64,000 nt of DNA, taken from NCBI RefSeq assembly GCF_009914755.1, contig NC_060938.1. The stretch is one strand, 5' to 3'. Position 1 is the first letter of the stretch, and each line of letters opens with the position of its first letter. The notes under the pieces are model-generated. The model was not told where the DNA came from, ran no database searches, and was given only the letters and a program-made list of their open reading frames with translations. The stretch is from the human T2T-CHM13v2.0 reference genome, Homo sapiens. Positions 41,342-55,246 of the stretch are shown here, piece by piece. The position numbers and the translations under genes are program-made.

Positions 41342-41856
41342 AAAATGTCATCTTCTTATTCCAATCACAGATCCAGTTCTCCCTCTATCAAATCTGCATT
41401 TCCAGTTAGAGGCTGAAGTTGCAAAGAACAGAACAATAAGGTCTCGCCTGTTATTCTTCTTCCTCAGGCATCTTTAGTGCAAGCTCTTTAATCACCTCTA
41501 AGGAACACTGAGTGATTTCAGGAAAGTAACTCTACCAAGTTCCAGTTTTGGTCAGGAGTATTCCCCGGTTCTTGTGACACTTTAGAACAAAGTTATTTTT
41601 TGAAGTAAATATTTAACTCTTCCAGACCCAAGAGGATAGATATTCTCTTCTAGAGAACTTGCACCGCTTTTAAAATCACAGAGACTCAAACACTTTAGCA
41701 ACCAGATTCTTCTAGTGCTTTTTCAGTGAGTAGAAAAGATAAAATCTGCCATAAACTAAGCCTCACTGCCTCCCTTAATCTGGCCCCACTCTCTTCTGTG
41801 GCTGCTCAGCAGACACAAGATCATGATTGTGTGTTTTGGAAAAGAAATGATCTTAC

Positions 41857-41949
41857 CTGGAAGAAGAGGATTATGTTCCATATCAGCCCAAGAACCAAAG
41901 AAGGGTTGCCATCTGCTATTTCTGCTGCATCAATGCTAACCAGTTTTAC
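41857..41949 (-). CDS. CLMN: Calmin exon 5 (93 nt; [31 protein letters not shown])
   Basis: ccctccag|GTA acceptor, CAG|gtaaga donor; conserved IADGN..LGLIW CH1 motif. Confidence 0.96.
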
Positions 41950-42017
41950 CTGGAGGGAAGCAATTTATGAACTTAAAGCGAGGTGTCCAGGGAGGATAAC
42001 ATATGTTATTTTCTGGT

Positions 42018-42067
<50 letters not shown>
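42018..42067 (+). repeat. (TC)7(TG)18 microsatellite
   Basis: Read directly from the sequence. Confidence 0.97.
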
Positions 42068-42072
<5 letters not shown>

Positions 42073-42234
42073 ATGAGCCTGTTTTTCTTACTTACCCTGC
42101 CATTCTCAGGGACACTCAGCATGCAAAAGTGTATTTAATTAACACATACACAGCACTTACCATATGCAGCCTCTATTCTAAACTTCTTACAAATATTAAC
42201 TCAGTTTATTCTCACAATAAACCTATGATGTAGG

Positions 42235-42598
42235 TGTATTAGTCCGTTCTCATGTTGCTGCAAAGATACTACCTGAGACTGAGTAATTTATAAAAGGAAA
42301 GGGGATTAATGGACACACAGTTCCACATGGTTGGAGAGGCCTCACAATCATGGTGGAGGGCGAAGGGGAAGCAAGACACGTCTCACATGGCGACAGGCAA
42401 GAGAACGTGTGCAGGGGAATTCCCTTTTATAAAACCATCAGCTCTCAGGAGACTTATTCACTATCATGAGAACAGCACATGAAAGACCTGCTCCCCCGAT
42501 TCAATGACCTCCCACCAGGTCCCTCCCACGACACGTGGGAATTATGGGAGCTACAATTCAAGGTGAGATTTGGGTGGGGACACAGCCAAACCATATCA
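42235..42598 (-). mobile_element. THE1 solo LTR (MaLR) inserted in a MIR
   Basis: 364 bp TG...CA; reverse complement starts TGATATGGTTTGGCTGTGTCCCCACCC; 5-bp TSD GTAGG. Confidence 0.93.
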
Positions 42599-43014
42599 GT
42601 AGGTACTTCTATTGTCCCTCCAGTTCAAGTAAGGGAATTTCAGAGAGGTTAAATACAACATGCCCAGTGTCACATAGCTGGTAAGGCTTCAGTCATTCTT
42701 TTCCAAGAGAGATGGAAAATGCCCAGTACATCTGTCTGCTACATAAACACCACCACGCCTGGATTTAGCATGTCCTTGGGACAAACACAGAGCACCGACA
42801 TGAGCAGTCACGGACTGTGGTGGGTGAGTTGACTGCTAATTAGAAATAGTGTACTGGGATAAGGTTTATACCCAGGGTTTCTGCACCATTAGAAAAGATC
42901 CCACTGATTAGTTAAAATGTGCCTCTTGTAGAAACCCTCAGGGTCTTATCTATGTATTTAACTATGTTCTGACCACAGAATGATGCTCCTGGTAAATCCC
43001 TAAGGCCAACCTGA

Positions 43015-43320
43015 CATCTGGACCAGCAGCATCTGTATCACGTGGGACCCCCATGTTAGAAATGCTCATTCTCCCCTATGTCTACAGAATCAAGAACTCT
43101 GTGGGTGGGCCCAGAAATCTGTATTTTAGTAAGTGCGCCAGGTGATTCCAGTGCATGCTCGGGTTTGAGGATCACTGCCCTAAGTCATCAGTTCATTCCA
43201 CAAACAAAATCTAAGCACTGGACACAGATCGGGTCTCTGCAGACCTCTCTGAAAAGGGCCAGAGAGTAAATATTTAAGGCTTTGCAGGCCACACTGGTGT
43301 CTGCCACACATTTTTCTTCT
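43015..43320. mobile_element. hAT MITE remnants (MER5A-like, then MER58-like)
   Basis: ccagcagcatc...ttagaaatgc...ggtttgaggatcactg; aagggccagagagtaaatatttaaggctttgcaggcc. Confidence 0.65.
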
Positions 43321-45989
43321 TTCTTAACAACGCTTAATAAAGCAAAAGTCTAAGTCATTCTTCAGGAGAAAGAGAAAGTCAAGATACACTATCAGGTCCA
43401 CACTGCAAAATTCTGCCTGGTAGACTGGGGAAAGAGAACCTGAAGAGAGCATCTCATACAAAACCTTTTTCTTTTTCCTCTATTTCTTTCCTCTCTCTCT
43501 TCCCTTCATGGCTTTTTAAACTGTCTGACATGGGTCTCTGATCCTATCAGTTCATCATGGGTTTCCGACAACACCAATCATTTAGGCCTGGGCTTGCCTA
43601 ATCGAGGGAGAGTTCTGGGTTCCCAAGCTGCAGTCTGTTTTGAGGACAGATGCCAAGAATATAAGTCAGACAACACAGGCTCATCACTGGCAGGTCAGAG
43701 GCCAGGAAGGAAGTTGTCAATACTGTGAATAACACAGTTGATCGGATTCAGGTTCAGTACTACCTCCGCATTCATCACGAGCGCAAGTCCTGCATGATGG
43801 ATCACCCACGAGAACTCGCCTGCTCGTCTCCTAAGCCTCTGCTCTGACAGCTCCTGTTTCTGTGGCTTACTGAGCACATTCCAGTCCAGGGGAATCAAAG
43901 CCGCTAGTCAACTTGATCACCCTGGCCTTCCCTTTCACCTGGGGGAAGCCCAAATGGCAAGTGACAGCTGTGGCCCTGTAAGCTGAGGTTTCAAAGTGAG
44001 AAGACAGAGCTGCCTTGTAGGGGTGCCGTAAACACCATGGTGCACCATCCCAAGAGGGGAAGGGCAGGGCTGAGCAGGGAATAAAGCACCCTCCTGAGGT
44101 GCCCAGTTCCCTCAGAGAACTGGGATGAGGGAAGGTGGTGACTGCAGGTGGTCCGAGGCCCCAAGGGGCAGATATTTCCAAAAACTGTGGCTTGTGTGCC
44201 CAGCTACCATTTTGTTTTTGGTGGTGAACAAAAAGGTTAACAGCCAGACTTCAGTTCAGAGCTTCAGGGACAATGCTTTCCTCCTCTTGTTCCTCCTAAC
44301 TCAGCTAGTTTTGCCAGATTGAAAACAAGTGGACCAATTGGTTTGTGGAAATATTCCGTCTCCCTCTGCGGCTGGGAGAAGGTGGTATCACACCTAGTTA
44401 TCACATGTAGGGTGATAACTCAGGGGCCTGGTAAGTGATGACAGCCATCCCGAGAATGGAGAGTGCTTTTCACAGGTCAGTTCCTTTAGTGTTTACAATA
44501 TACCCATTTTAGAGATGAGGAAGTTCAGGCTCAGAGAAGTTGAATAACTTGCAAGTCATAGAGCTGGTCCTGTGGGGCAGCCCATCTCTGACACGGGCAT
44601 AAACACTGTGCTCTGTGACGTGTGGTTGCAGGGGAGAGAGGAGAGGACAGGGGCCAGCCACAGCACCTAACGGCATCTGAATCCCTGAGCAAAGAGGACC
44701 TGGCTGCTGCCTGGCATCCACCACCCAGTTCTGGGCACCGCTTTAGCTCAGCAGAGCTGTTATAGCCTGTTGGGGACAGTGGGCTGAAATAATGGGACAA
44801 GAAGTGACCAGCGAGGGCCCACTGAGTATTTTGTGGATTCTGGGAATGGGACAGAGTCTGCATCTGAAACGCTCGTTTCCACCTGGCTCACTCCCCTGGG
44901 CTTGCCTTCCCACCAGGCCATTCACTTGTCCTACCTGCCTGGTAAATGGGGCCCAGTGGGGCACCAAGCTGACATAGTATGCTCGCATTTGGAATATTTA
45001 CAGTTGTTTGAAAAAATAGAGGGGATGGAGGCTTTAATGTTCCTTGACTTTAAGGCAGCTACTGCAGGCAGTTTGGAAAATACTACACAGATGGATGACA
45101 GAAGGCCAGGCCTTCCCAAGCCTCTGCACTGCACTCCCTCATTGCCACACCTGTTCCTAGGCTAGTCCTTCCCCGACTCAGCTGTTTGTTTTTGCCTCTG
45201 CAGGATCATCCCCCATCTTCATGCCCCTGGGGTGACATACAGCACGCTGTCCATGTGAGGTCTCTTCCAGCTGATCCTAAGCATCTTGAAGGCACAGATG
45301 AGTCTCTAATGTAGCTGTCTGTCTCCAATGCTGAGAAGTCTCTCAGGCCCACAAAAGACACTTGGTAAATGTGACCCAAATGGCTGCTGGAAGCAAACCT
45401 AGGACCTACTAGGTAATTCTGATAAATGCAGCAGGAGGGTTTTGCCTGCATTACAGCAGACTCATAAACGTGGGCAGCTGACAGAGCAGGAGAGTATTTA
45501 GAGGTCAATACGGTGGAAGGAAGAGCAGCACGAATCTGAGGAGGCTGTTTGAAGGCCCCACATTATCACAAAAACCATGCCCTTTGCAATTCAGGAGTAG
45601 ACACTGCTAAGAACAGCCATACGCAATGCCTGCTCCAGGGAGCAGGTGGGCATCAGACGTAATCAATCAAGGGGGGTGACGCAGTGAGAGCTGGAGCCCA
45701 CGCAGCTTTCGGTCTGGCTGGTGCATGGCTAACCTGTACCTGGACAAGTCATTTAGCCCCAAAAACTCTCCCAGGTAGGTTTTGTTTTTCTCTCCTCCAT
45801 TTCACAGATGTAGAAACGGAGGCTCAGGGAAGATGCCATTTGCCTACAGTTCCTGGGAGTGGGGAAGCCAGAACTGGAAACAGTCCTCCGTACTCCAGGA
45901 CCTGTGCTGGCCCACGTTTGGCCAGAGGCCAGCAGTGTCATTGACTCAACAGAAAGGGAGGCTTTTAATGAACAGGGGGTAGGCTTTCT

Positions 45990-46780
45990 TTATAAAAAGT
46001 TTTAATGAGCTATAACTCACATCCCATCCTATTCACGCACTCAAAGTATAAAATTCGATGTTTTGTAGTGTATTGAAAGATGTATGCAAGAATCACTACA
46101 ATCAATTTTAGAACATTTTCATCCTCTCTAAAAGAAACCCTGTACCCTCGAGCTACCACCCCTCATCCCCCTGTCTTCCCACAGCCCAAAACAACAACTA
46201 GTCTACTTTCCATTTCCAAAAACTTCCCTGTCCTGGACATTTCATATGAATAGAATCATATAATAAGTGGTCCTTTGCGTCTGGCTTCTCTCACTTAGCA
46301 TGTTGTCAAGGTTCATCCATTATCAGTGCTTCATTTTTTTTAAGGCTGAATAATATTCCACTGTATGGATAGGTCCCTTTTTTTTTTTTTTTTTTTTTTT
46401 TTGAGACAAAGTCTCGCTCTGTTGCTCAGGCTGGAGTGCAGTGGCGAGATCTTAGCTCACTGAAACGTCCGCCTCCAGGGCTCAAGCAATTCTCCTGCCT
46501 CAGCCTCCCTCGTAGCTAGGATTATAGCCCCCCACGACCGTGCCCAGCTAATTTTTGCATTTTTAGTAGAGATGGCGTTTCATCATGTTGGCCAGGCTAG
46601 TCTTGAACTCCTGACCTCAGGTGATCCACCCGCCTCGGCCTCCCAAAGTGCTGGGATTACAGGCGTGAGCCACCGCGCCCAGCCATCTAAGTCACATTTT
46701 GAGAATCCACTTGTCCGTGGGTGGACAGGCGGGTTGTTCCCACCTTTTGGCTGTTGTGAATTGTGCTGCCATGAACTGTA
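45990..46780 (-). mobile_element. L1MB-like 3' end interrupted by an AluS (46378-46684)
   Basis: L1M 3' UTR (ctggcttctctcacttagcatgtt...aggttcatccat) and a full Alu dimer. Confidence 0.85.
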
Positions 46781-47898
46781 ATGCGCTTGCTGGCCGCCAC
46801 CATCTGAACCTCCCCTCTGTGCCTGGGACTTTCTCCTAGAACTACTGGGAGGGGACTATTGGGAAGCAGAGCCTACCCCTGTTCAGACAGTGAAAGTGCT
46901 TTCCCATCCTCCTTTGCCCCTGGAATGTGGGCTGAGGCCCAGGCTGTGCAGCCACACATCCTGTCCGGGCCTTTGAATCTGGACCTGTGATGCTGAGACG
47001 ACCACAAAGCAGAGAGAGCTCCTTCTGCAGGCTGTGGTGGGGCTGCCCAGAGGTTGCAGGGGCAGGGCGGTGAGGGCATGTCCTGCCGTCTCTTCAGGGG
47101 GCTCTGCGGTAGTCCTGGTGCCTGGCATGGGTTCTGTCCCTGATTCGCTGGTCTTTCAAGTCATTCTGTGGCTACTCGGCATATTTCAACAAATTCCTTT
47201 ACTGCTTAAATCAGCTGAGTTCAGCTTCTGTTACTATGAAGAACCCCAGATGAATCCTACTTTATGATAAAATCTCACTGTATGTGCCAATGTGTCAGGC
47301 AAGCTGGGTTTTGTTTTAACCCGGATTGATTGGTGAAACCTAATGAGAGGCGTGATGAAACGTCCTCCCTGCTGAGCCACCCCCTCCCCTCTGTGAAGAA
47401 TGTGGAGCAGGGTTCCAGGCACAGAAAAAGATCATCGGAGTCTAGAAAGTTACATCAAGAATGGGAGAATTTTGTAACTTTTTTCCCCTGGCTCATTTGG
47501 CCCCCCTCTTCCCCTTCTTCTCCCATATTCTAAGTTCCAAGAGAAAGTTCTACACTCGGACATGCTCGCCATACTCTTATTCAAGGGAATGAAGGAGAAA
47601 ACGTGAACTGAATTCTAAATATCTGAGAGCCAGTTAGCTGCTCTGCCTTTCTACGACTGAACGTACATCAGAGTTTTAATCCTGATGGCTGCAAAGTGGG
47701 TGGGCACGGAGTCAGGGACTATGTTCCCAACGGAGGGGTCATCTGAGTGATTTCTGTGAAATTTAAGCTTAGTTTAATTTGACCATTTTAGCTCAGTCCC
47801 CGTCTCACGCTTCTCTTGCGACCAGCACTGAACTTCAAATGACGTCCTTTTCCTAACAGGACAAGCTTGTGTTAGCAGGATGAGCTTCAAACACTTAC

Positions 47899-47982
47899 AT
47901 TGCTATCTTCCAAAAACTTAAGTGCTTTCGCTATGTTGTTCAACCGAAAAATACGATGCGACGAGGATTTGTATTCGTGCAG
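47899..47982 (-). CDS. CLMN: Calmin exon 4 (84 nt; LHEYKSSSHRIFRLNNIAKALKFLEDSN)
   Basis: tttatag|CTG acceptor, AAT|gtaagt donor; CH1 helix; read manually, not in the ORF track. Confidence 0.95.
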
Positions 47983-49225
47983 CTATAAAACAGAACAGAA
48001 CAAAACAAGCACATTAAACCCGCACAGGCACTTCCCAACACCCAGCGGTGCTGCTGGGTGTGCTTTACTTTTTTCACATGAATTTCAAGAAAAAGTTAGG
48101 GGCTCACAGCTAAAACCCACCTGGAATGCATCCAAACCCACACAGGTGCCTCTCAGGACATACAAATGTGACATCAGAGGGCTCTCAAAGGTCGGCCTTA
48201 TTTACAGTACTTGGGATTTAACTCGCTGAAGTTGGTGAGTTGGGGGGAACTGAAGTGGGTCAGCAAGGGACAAATTTGTCAATTTTTTTCTCTGGGACCC
48301 AGCTCCTGGCTTGTTAGATTCCTCCCTTCTCCTGAGACCCTCCATTACGTGTTCCCTTCGCTAAGCGGCTGCTTTTGTTAGGACAGGGAGCACTAGCTGT
48401 CAGCATCACGGCTCAGCTGCTAAATCATCCAGCCGAGGTCCTCCCCAGTGGCGGCAGATGTTTCTGTTTTCTAGCCAAGAGTTTTGTGGACAGTTATCCC
48501 AGGTCGAAAGAGAGAAAGAGAGAGAAAGAGAAAGAAAGAGACGTCTGCAGAAGCTAAAACTCTGACAAGGTTAGCTCTACATACCAGGAATACCATCACA
48601 GCCAACTCACCCTGAACTGAAGCACACTGACGCTCCTCCAGGTTGGGGGAAGATGGCATTACAAGGCAAACCAGTGGGTCAGCTCCACCAGGTGTGAAGT
48701 GCCAGGCCACGCTCATGGGGAAGTGGAGGCCTGTTCTTGGCTGGGCTCCAGAATCAAAGACTCCCCGTGGAGGCCCACCAAGGACACAGCAGCTGGTGAC
48801 CAGGGCTCTGGCAATAAAGTGGGGAGCCTCTGTGCTGGGAGCATAAACAAGGGACTAGAAGGTACTTTTTCAGGAAGTCTTTTGGGGACCGTGCTCATGG
48901 CGAGGCCTCTAAGAAACCAAATACTGTTGAGAGTTCATCACTGAATACTGCGTAGCCCTCTGCGGGTGCCGCTAATAGGTATCTTGTGTTTTGCCATTGG
49001 GAAAGCAAAGGTGGGATGGTTAAGAGGTCTGATAAGATACCAGCTACATTATATCTGAGAAGAGAAGCAGGGACTCTTGACTTTAGACCTACAGTTAAGG
49101 ACAGACCCAGGACGCTCTGTGCTGGCTGAGCTATGGTTTGGTAGAGTTGTGACCCCGTTGCTGCACCTCTGTTTTAGTTAGGCACAATGGGTTGCCAAGG
49201 CCAAATCAAACAGTGGACTCTGGAA

Positions 49226-49446
49226 CAGGCTTTCTCAATCTTGACACTTCTACCATTCTGGGCTGGATCAGTTTGCCCCCTCATGGAACATTTCATCATG
49301 TCTGGGAGATTGTTAGCTGTCACACCTGGAGGTGATACTGTTGTTTAGCAGTTAGATACTAAATGTCCTGCAATGCACAGGACATCTTCCCATAGCAAGA
49401 AACTATGTGACCCAAATGTCAACAGTGCCAAGGCTGAGAAACTCTG
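49226..49446. mobile_element. MER20-like hAT element
   Basis: caatgcacaggac...aaatgtcaacagtgccaaggctgagaaactctg. Confidence 0.7.
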
Positions 49447-49967
49447 CTGTCTGTGAAGAGAACAAGGGCCAATCTGCACACAGCAGAGGGATGCAACATG
49501 GAGAAGTCTGGCTAATGTCCAAAGTGGAATGAACGTCAAGACCAGCTGGCTCAACTTCAGTCATACTTAAAAGAATGTTCTAGAAGCCAGCAGTTCTAGG
49601 GTGCTTAGCCTTAGGGTGGTTGATAAAAGGCCTTTCTCTTCCAATTTTTCCACTTCTCAGCGATGATTCTAGTTTATATAATGGCTGGCTGGCTAAATTT
49701 TAACTGTTTAGTTCTAATCTTAAGCCTTAACAGACTCAAAGAAAACACTGGGCATTTATTCATTTATTTTCTAAAATACATTGGCTTAAAAAAAAAAGTA
49801 CTAGTTCATTCCACATGACTATATGGCTTGTAGGCACTAATAAAAAAAGTCACCGCTTCAGAGTTTCTTATTATAGGATATGTCCAGGTATTTGTGTTGA
49901 AAAGAAAACCTCAGCAGCGTTTTCCTTTGCATTTTCTTTCTTTCTGACCCTTCTGTAACATACGTAC

Positions 49968-50063
49968 CAGATTCCGCCCAGACAGGACTTCTAACAAAGC
50001 CATTAGGATTTTGCCATCTTGTATATCGACGAATAAATCTTTAACTTCTAGAGGTGGGTTGCA
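49968..50063 (-). CDS. CLMN: Calmin exon 3 (96 nt; CNPPLEVKDLFVDIQDGKILMALLEVLSGRNL)
   Basis: caaag|TGC acceptor, CTG|gtacgt donor; CH1 DLxxDxxDG motif; phase 0-0. Confidence 0.96.
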
Positions 50064-50472
50064 CTTTGAAAGAGAAGGGAAGAAAGTAGCCAATTAGCAA
50101 CCTGTGTGATCCACAAAGCTATGTCAGAGATGCAGCTTTCTGCTCAAGAGAAAACTTCCAAACATCCAGCTCTGTTTACAGGTAGAAAAGCCCATCCAAG
50201 GAGGTAGCAGGCCCATCCCCCTGGAAGTGATACCCAGGCAGCGGTGCACAGCCACAACTTGGCAGGAAGGCTGCAGAGAAGATTCACCAAGAGGGGGCTG
50301 ATCGACAAGTGGCCCTTGGGGGCCCTTCAAACCGAAGATCTCAGACCCCACGTTTAGATCACATCCACATGCTTAAGGGCAGAAAGAAATGGCATATCTT
50401 GACTACATCCTTCTGTAGAATAAAACAATTCTATCAGGGCTTAATGTGAAATTACCTAGTGCAAGCCCTTCA

Positions 50473-50815
<343 letters not shown>

Positions 50816-52319
50816 TGAGGCTCAAAGAGGATGAGTGATAGTCGCAGCATTTGGTCAAGCTAGCTGTTTGGTATTGTCCTGTTTCCTGTATCCGGCCACA
50901 AGGGCTGAACGCAAGTGTACCCTAGATCCACACAGCAATGACAAGACCCTGGGCCAGTTACTCTCCAGGATTCAATACGGCATCAGTAGGGCTCCCCCAT
51001 CTCCAAGACTGCTTTAGTCTTCAAGTGTGCCCTCCTGAGGTGCCCGTCATTGCTTCACCAATATTTAGACCAAGTCTGGAGGTGGTGGGACCCTTAGCAG
51101 AGGAAGCCAGGAAAGGGGGCTGGTGTGTGAGACTTGGCTAGGAGAGCAGGTGGCTGGCAGGACACAGCTGGCCTGCTGAATGGCTCAATGGTTGGGTGAA
51201 GGGAAGAAGGCTTTCCTCACCCCACGTGTGTAGACTTACTAGGAACTCAAAGGTTCAGAGGTCGATTTACATGTCCATGTATATGTGTATGTGTATTTAT
51301 ATGTTTAGGTACAAAAGCAATACAAGCTCATTATTACAAATCTAACTCATTAAAGTTGTACCAAAAAAAAAAAAAAGCTGCATGTTACTCCTCTATTCCT
51401 CCACAAAATCCAGCTTCCTGAGATAAATCAACATTGCACCTCACATGAGCCAACGAGAAGCAAGGCCGTTAGACACACCTGAGTTCAAAGCCAGGCTCTA
51501 CCTTGATAGCAACTTGGCCTTGGGAATGTTCTTTAACCTCCCTGGGCCTAACCTGACCTTGCACACTTGCACAAAGATAGTGTACTTGTCTGCAATGTCA
51601 GGTGAGGAATCTGACCCTCGTCAGAGGACTGGGCTGGAATGCAATGAGATCATGCAGGTAGGGAGCCTGGCACAGCCCCCACCTACCCGGCCCATTCCCA
51701 CCTGCTGACTGCTAAGTGGCATCCTGCCTGCAGAGCCTTGGGATGCCCTCCTCAGGAAGACATTTCATTCAGAGGGTGTATGCCTTGTGGCCATCAGTGG
51801 AAGGGAGATGTCCTCAGCTGGCGGCCCCTTTGTAGTGAACGGCTCTTGAAACACCTTCTCTCTGCCCCACTCACTCACTTTCTGGGTTCCCTGGGTCAGT
51901 AACAGAAGCCCCAGCCTCAGTTCCCGTAGACTACTTCCTTCTCCCTGAGGGGAAACGCAATTCCCTAAACAGGATCTAGAGTGTGGAGGGGGGCCTGGGA
52001 AGGAAAAGAGCCAGAAGCCCCCTGGGCTTTCCTCTCTGGGCCTAGACCTGGGAGGGGTCTGCTGTCCAAGTGAACTGACACTGTTTGGTTCCACACGGTA
52101 TCTGCTAGGAGCTTGGCTGGACGTGGCCGGGAGTCTGAAGAACTGGCTGGAACTTGTGGGTTAGATGCTCCAGTGTGAGGATTTGCAAACTCTGTTCCCC
52201 GGAACCTTAGGCTTCAGCAGAGCAGCTTTAGGACACCCTATAGGGGAGAGGGGGATGGTGGAGGCAGCTGATCCCACTGCACCCGCTTTAATCAGAGAGG
52301 CTCAGCTCTTACTGGCCTG

Positions 52320-52660
52320 TACAGTCACCCCTCAGTATCTATATGGGATCGGTTCCAGGACTTCCCTCAGGTACCAACATCTGCAGATGCTCAAGTCCCT
52401 GATATATAATGGCACAGTATTTGTATATAATCTATGCACATCCTCCCATATACTTAAAATCACCTCTAGATTACTTATAATACCTAATTCAGTGTAAATG
52501 CAAAGTAAATAGTTGTTATACTCTATCGTTCAGGGAGTAATGACAAGAAGCAACTCTGTACTTGTTTAGTACAGATGCAGTTTTTTTTTTCTGAATATTT
52601 TTTATCTGCTGTTGGTTGAAGCCACAGATGTGGAACCCACAGAGAAGGAGGGATGACTAC
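52320..52660. mobile_element. MER2 (Tigger-family MITE)
   Basis: cagtcacccctcagtatc...gatgctcaagtccctgatata...gagggatgact. Confidence 0.8.
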
Positions 52661-52781
52661 ATTTACGGTTCTAGGTAATGCTTTGCTTGAAGAAAGGTTT
52701 CTACTGTCTAAACAAGCTTGATAATAACTCCTTTTAATCGCAACAGAATCTCTGGGAGCAGGGTCCAGAAACTTGCATTTT

Positions 52782-53086
52782 TCTTCTTCTTCTTTTTTTT
52801 TTGAGATGAGATCTTGCTCTGTGGCCCAGGCTGGAGTGCAGTGGCATGACCACGGTTCACTGCAGTCTCAAACCCTTAGCTCAAGTGATCCTCCCATCCC
52901 AGCCTCTTAAATAGTTGGAACTACAGGCACGTGCCATCACGTCTGGTTAATTTTTTAAACTTTTTGTAGAGATGGAGTCTCTCTGTGTTGCCCAGGCTGG
53001 TCTCAAATTCCTGGGCTCATGCGATATCCTCCTGCCTTGGCCTCCCAAAGGGCTGGGATTACAGGCGTGAGCCACCATGACCGGCC
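52782..53086 (-). mobile_element. AluJ
   Basis: Diverged full dimer. Confidence 0.93.
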
Positions 53087-53225
53087 GAAACCCGATTCTT
53101 AATAAGCTTCCACCCCGGCATGAATTTCCTGTTTACCTTTTTGTACTGGGGGCTTTGGCAAGGTTAGAGCAGCTGGTCTGGGTGCTGTCTCTGCTCCTGG
53201 GTACAGGGGAAGGCTGGGCATTCAC

Positions 53226-53295
53226 ATGGGAGATAGGATTAATGGGGCATGGAGCTCCTGATGGGAGACAGGATTAATGGGGCATGGAGCTCCTG
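53226..53295 (+). repeat. Tandem duplication, 2 x 35 bp
   Basis: ATGGGAGA(T/C)AGGATTAATGGGGCATGGAGCTCCTG twice with one mismatch. Confidence 0.95.
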
Positions 53296-54858
53296 AGGCC
53301 AACGGGAGGGTGGCAGCCATAACCAGCCAGAGACCCAGGGGCAGGAAACAGTGGAACTGTGGCCCAGCCACCCTTTCCCTGTGGGAAAGCCTCCTTCCCG
53401 TGGCAGCCGTGGAGGGCCTGTGTTTCATTTTTTATGGAGGAAGGTGGCATTTCCTTACCCTTTATACGAGTCCCTTTACCCCCAGTTAGTCAAAATACAG
53501 GGCAATTCCACCCGCAGGTGCACAGAAAAGGGCTTCGCTTCAAGGGCAACAGCGACTTTGAACCAAAAGGCAAATTATTTTCTTTGCAAACTGCCGCAGC
53601 TCCTTGGGCACCTTCCACCCTGAGCATGACGGGATCAGGTTACTGAGGCTCTTACGGAAATGTTATTCCTGTTAATGCGAGGCAGAAAACGCGAGACCCG
53701 AACGGAATACCCCCTGATAAATGGACTAACAACATTTCCAGTTACCAGCCCCGGCCGTGGCCAAGCCTTACTTCTGAGTTAAACCTGAAGAATAATTTCC
53801 ATTGACAGTTCCTATAAGAGCCTCAGCAGCAGCAGCAAACAGGGCCTTGGCCGGAGTCCATCCTGCGAGATGGCAGGGGGAGAAATTGAACCTGCGCCAG
53901 GGAAAACACTCCTTGGGCCCCAAACGCTCTGTGGGCTTCATGAGATTGGTATGGCCGAATAAACAGCACCCCCAGGGCTTTCTTCATGATCTAACTCCTT
54001 CGGTAAATTAAGGAATTTTTCCAGAAGCCAGAGACTCAGTAAATATTTCTGACAGCCTTCAAATTGCAGTTAAGCCCAATTCACCAAGGAGTTCCTGGGT
54101 TTCCTTTACATGCAAGGTTGTTCTTGAAAGTCTCAAGGTTGGAAACGTGGCTGTTAATTTTGCCCTGTTTATTAGACATCAGTTTCAGGTGCTATCTGAT
54201 TTATTTTCAGAGTCGGCGCTACCCACCTGCCCTGAGAAAGGGGCAGGAATTTGACCAGGGAGAAAATCCTTGATATGATAAATGCGAACAGAGGTTCATT
54301 TGGGGTGGTGAGTGGGTGCGGGTATATTCACCACGTGACCCTCTGTACTTTTCTGTATTTATTTATTTTAATTTTTTAAAAAAGAAAGAAAGAAATACTC
54401 CATGGCTCTAGTGTGTCCCCCAGCAGGAATTTCCAGCTACCCTGACACACATCAGGCATTAATTTAAGAGTTCAGTGATCTCAGGTTTGGGGACAAGTTT
54501 TCCTTTTGCTTTTTTCCCCAAAATAACACTTCACTTTAGGAGCATTGCCGAAAATGTGCCAATAATCAAAACAACTGGTTGATGATTTATAAGCTTCATC
54601 TGCGATACAATCTTTCACCCGTAGAGTTCAGGATGCTCCTGGGTGAAGTGGTGGCACTGCGTCACATGTTCTACACGTCAGGAGTGGAGGTGTGGGTGGC
54701 CGAATGCCTGCTCGGGCAATATCCTAGACCTAAAGATAAACTATGTGAATTAGAATTGAGGTCAAGAGCTCCACTTCCTAAAAGCCACATTTATTTTCTC
54801 TGCTTTCTAATCATTTCAGTGATTTCTTCTAAGAACCTTTCTTTTGTGTTAACCATAA

Positions 54859-55246
<388 letters not shown>

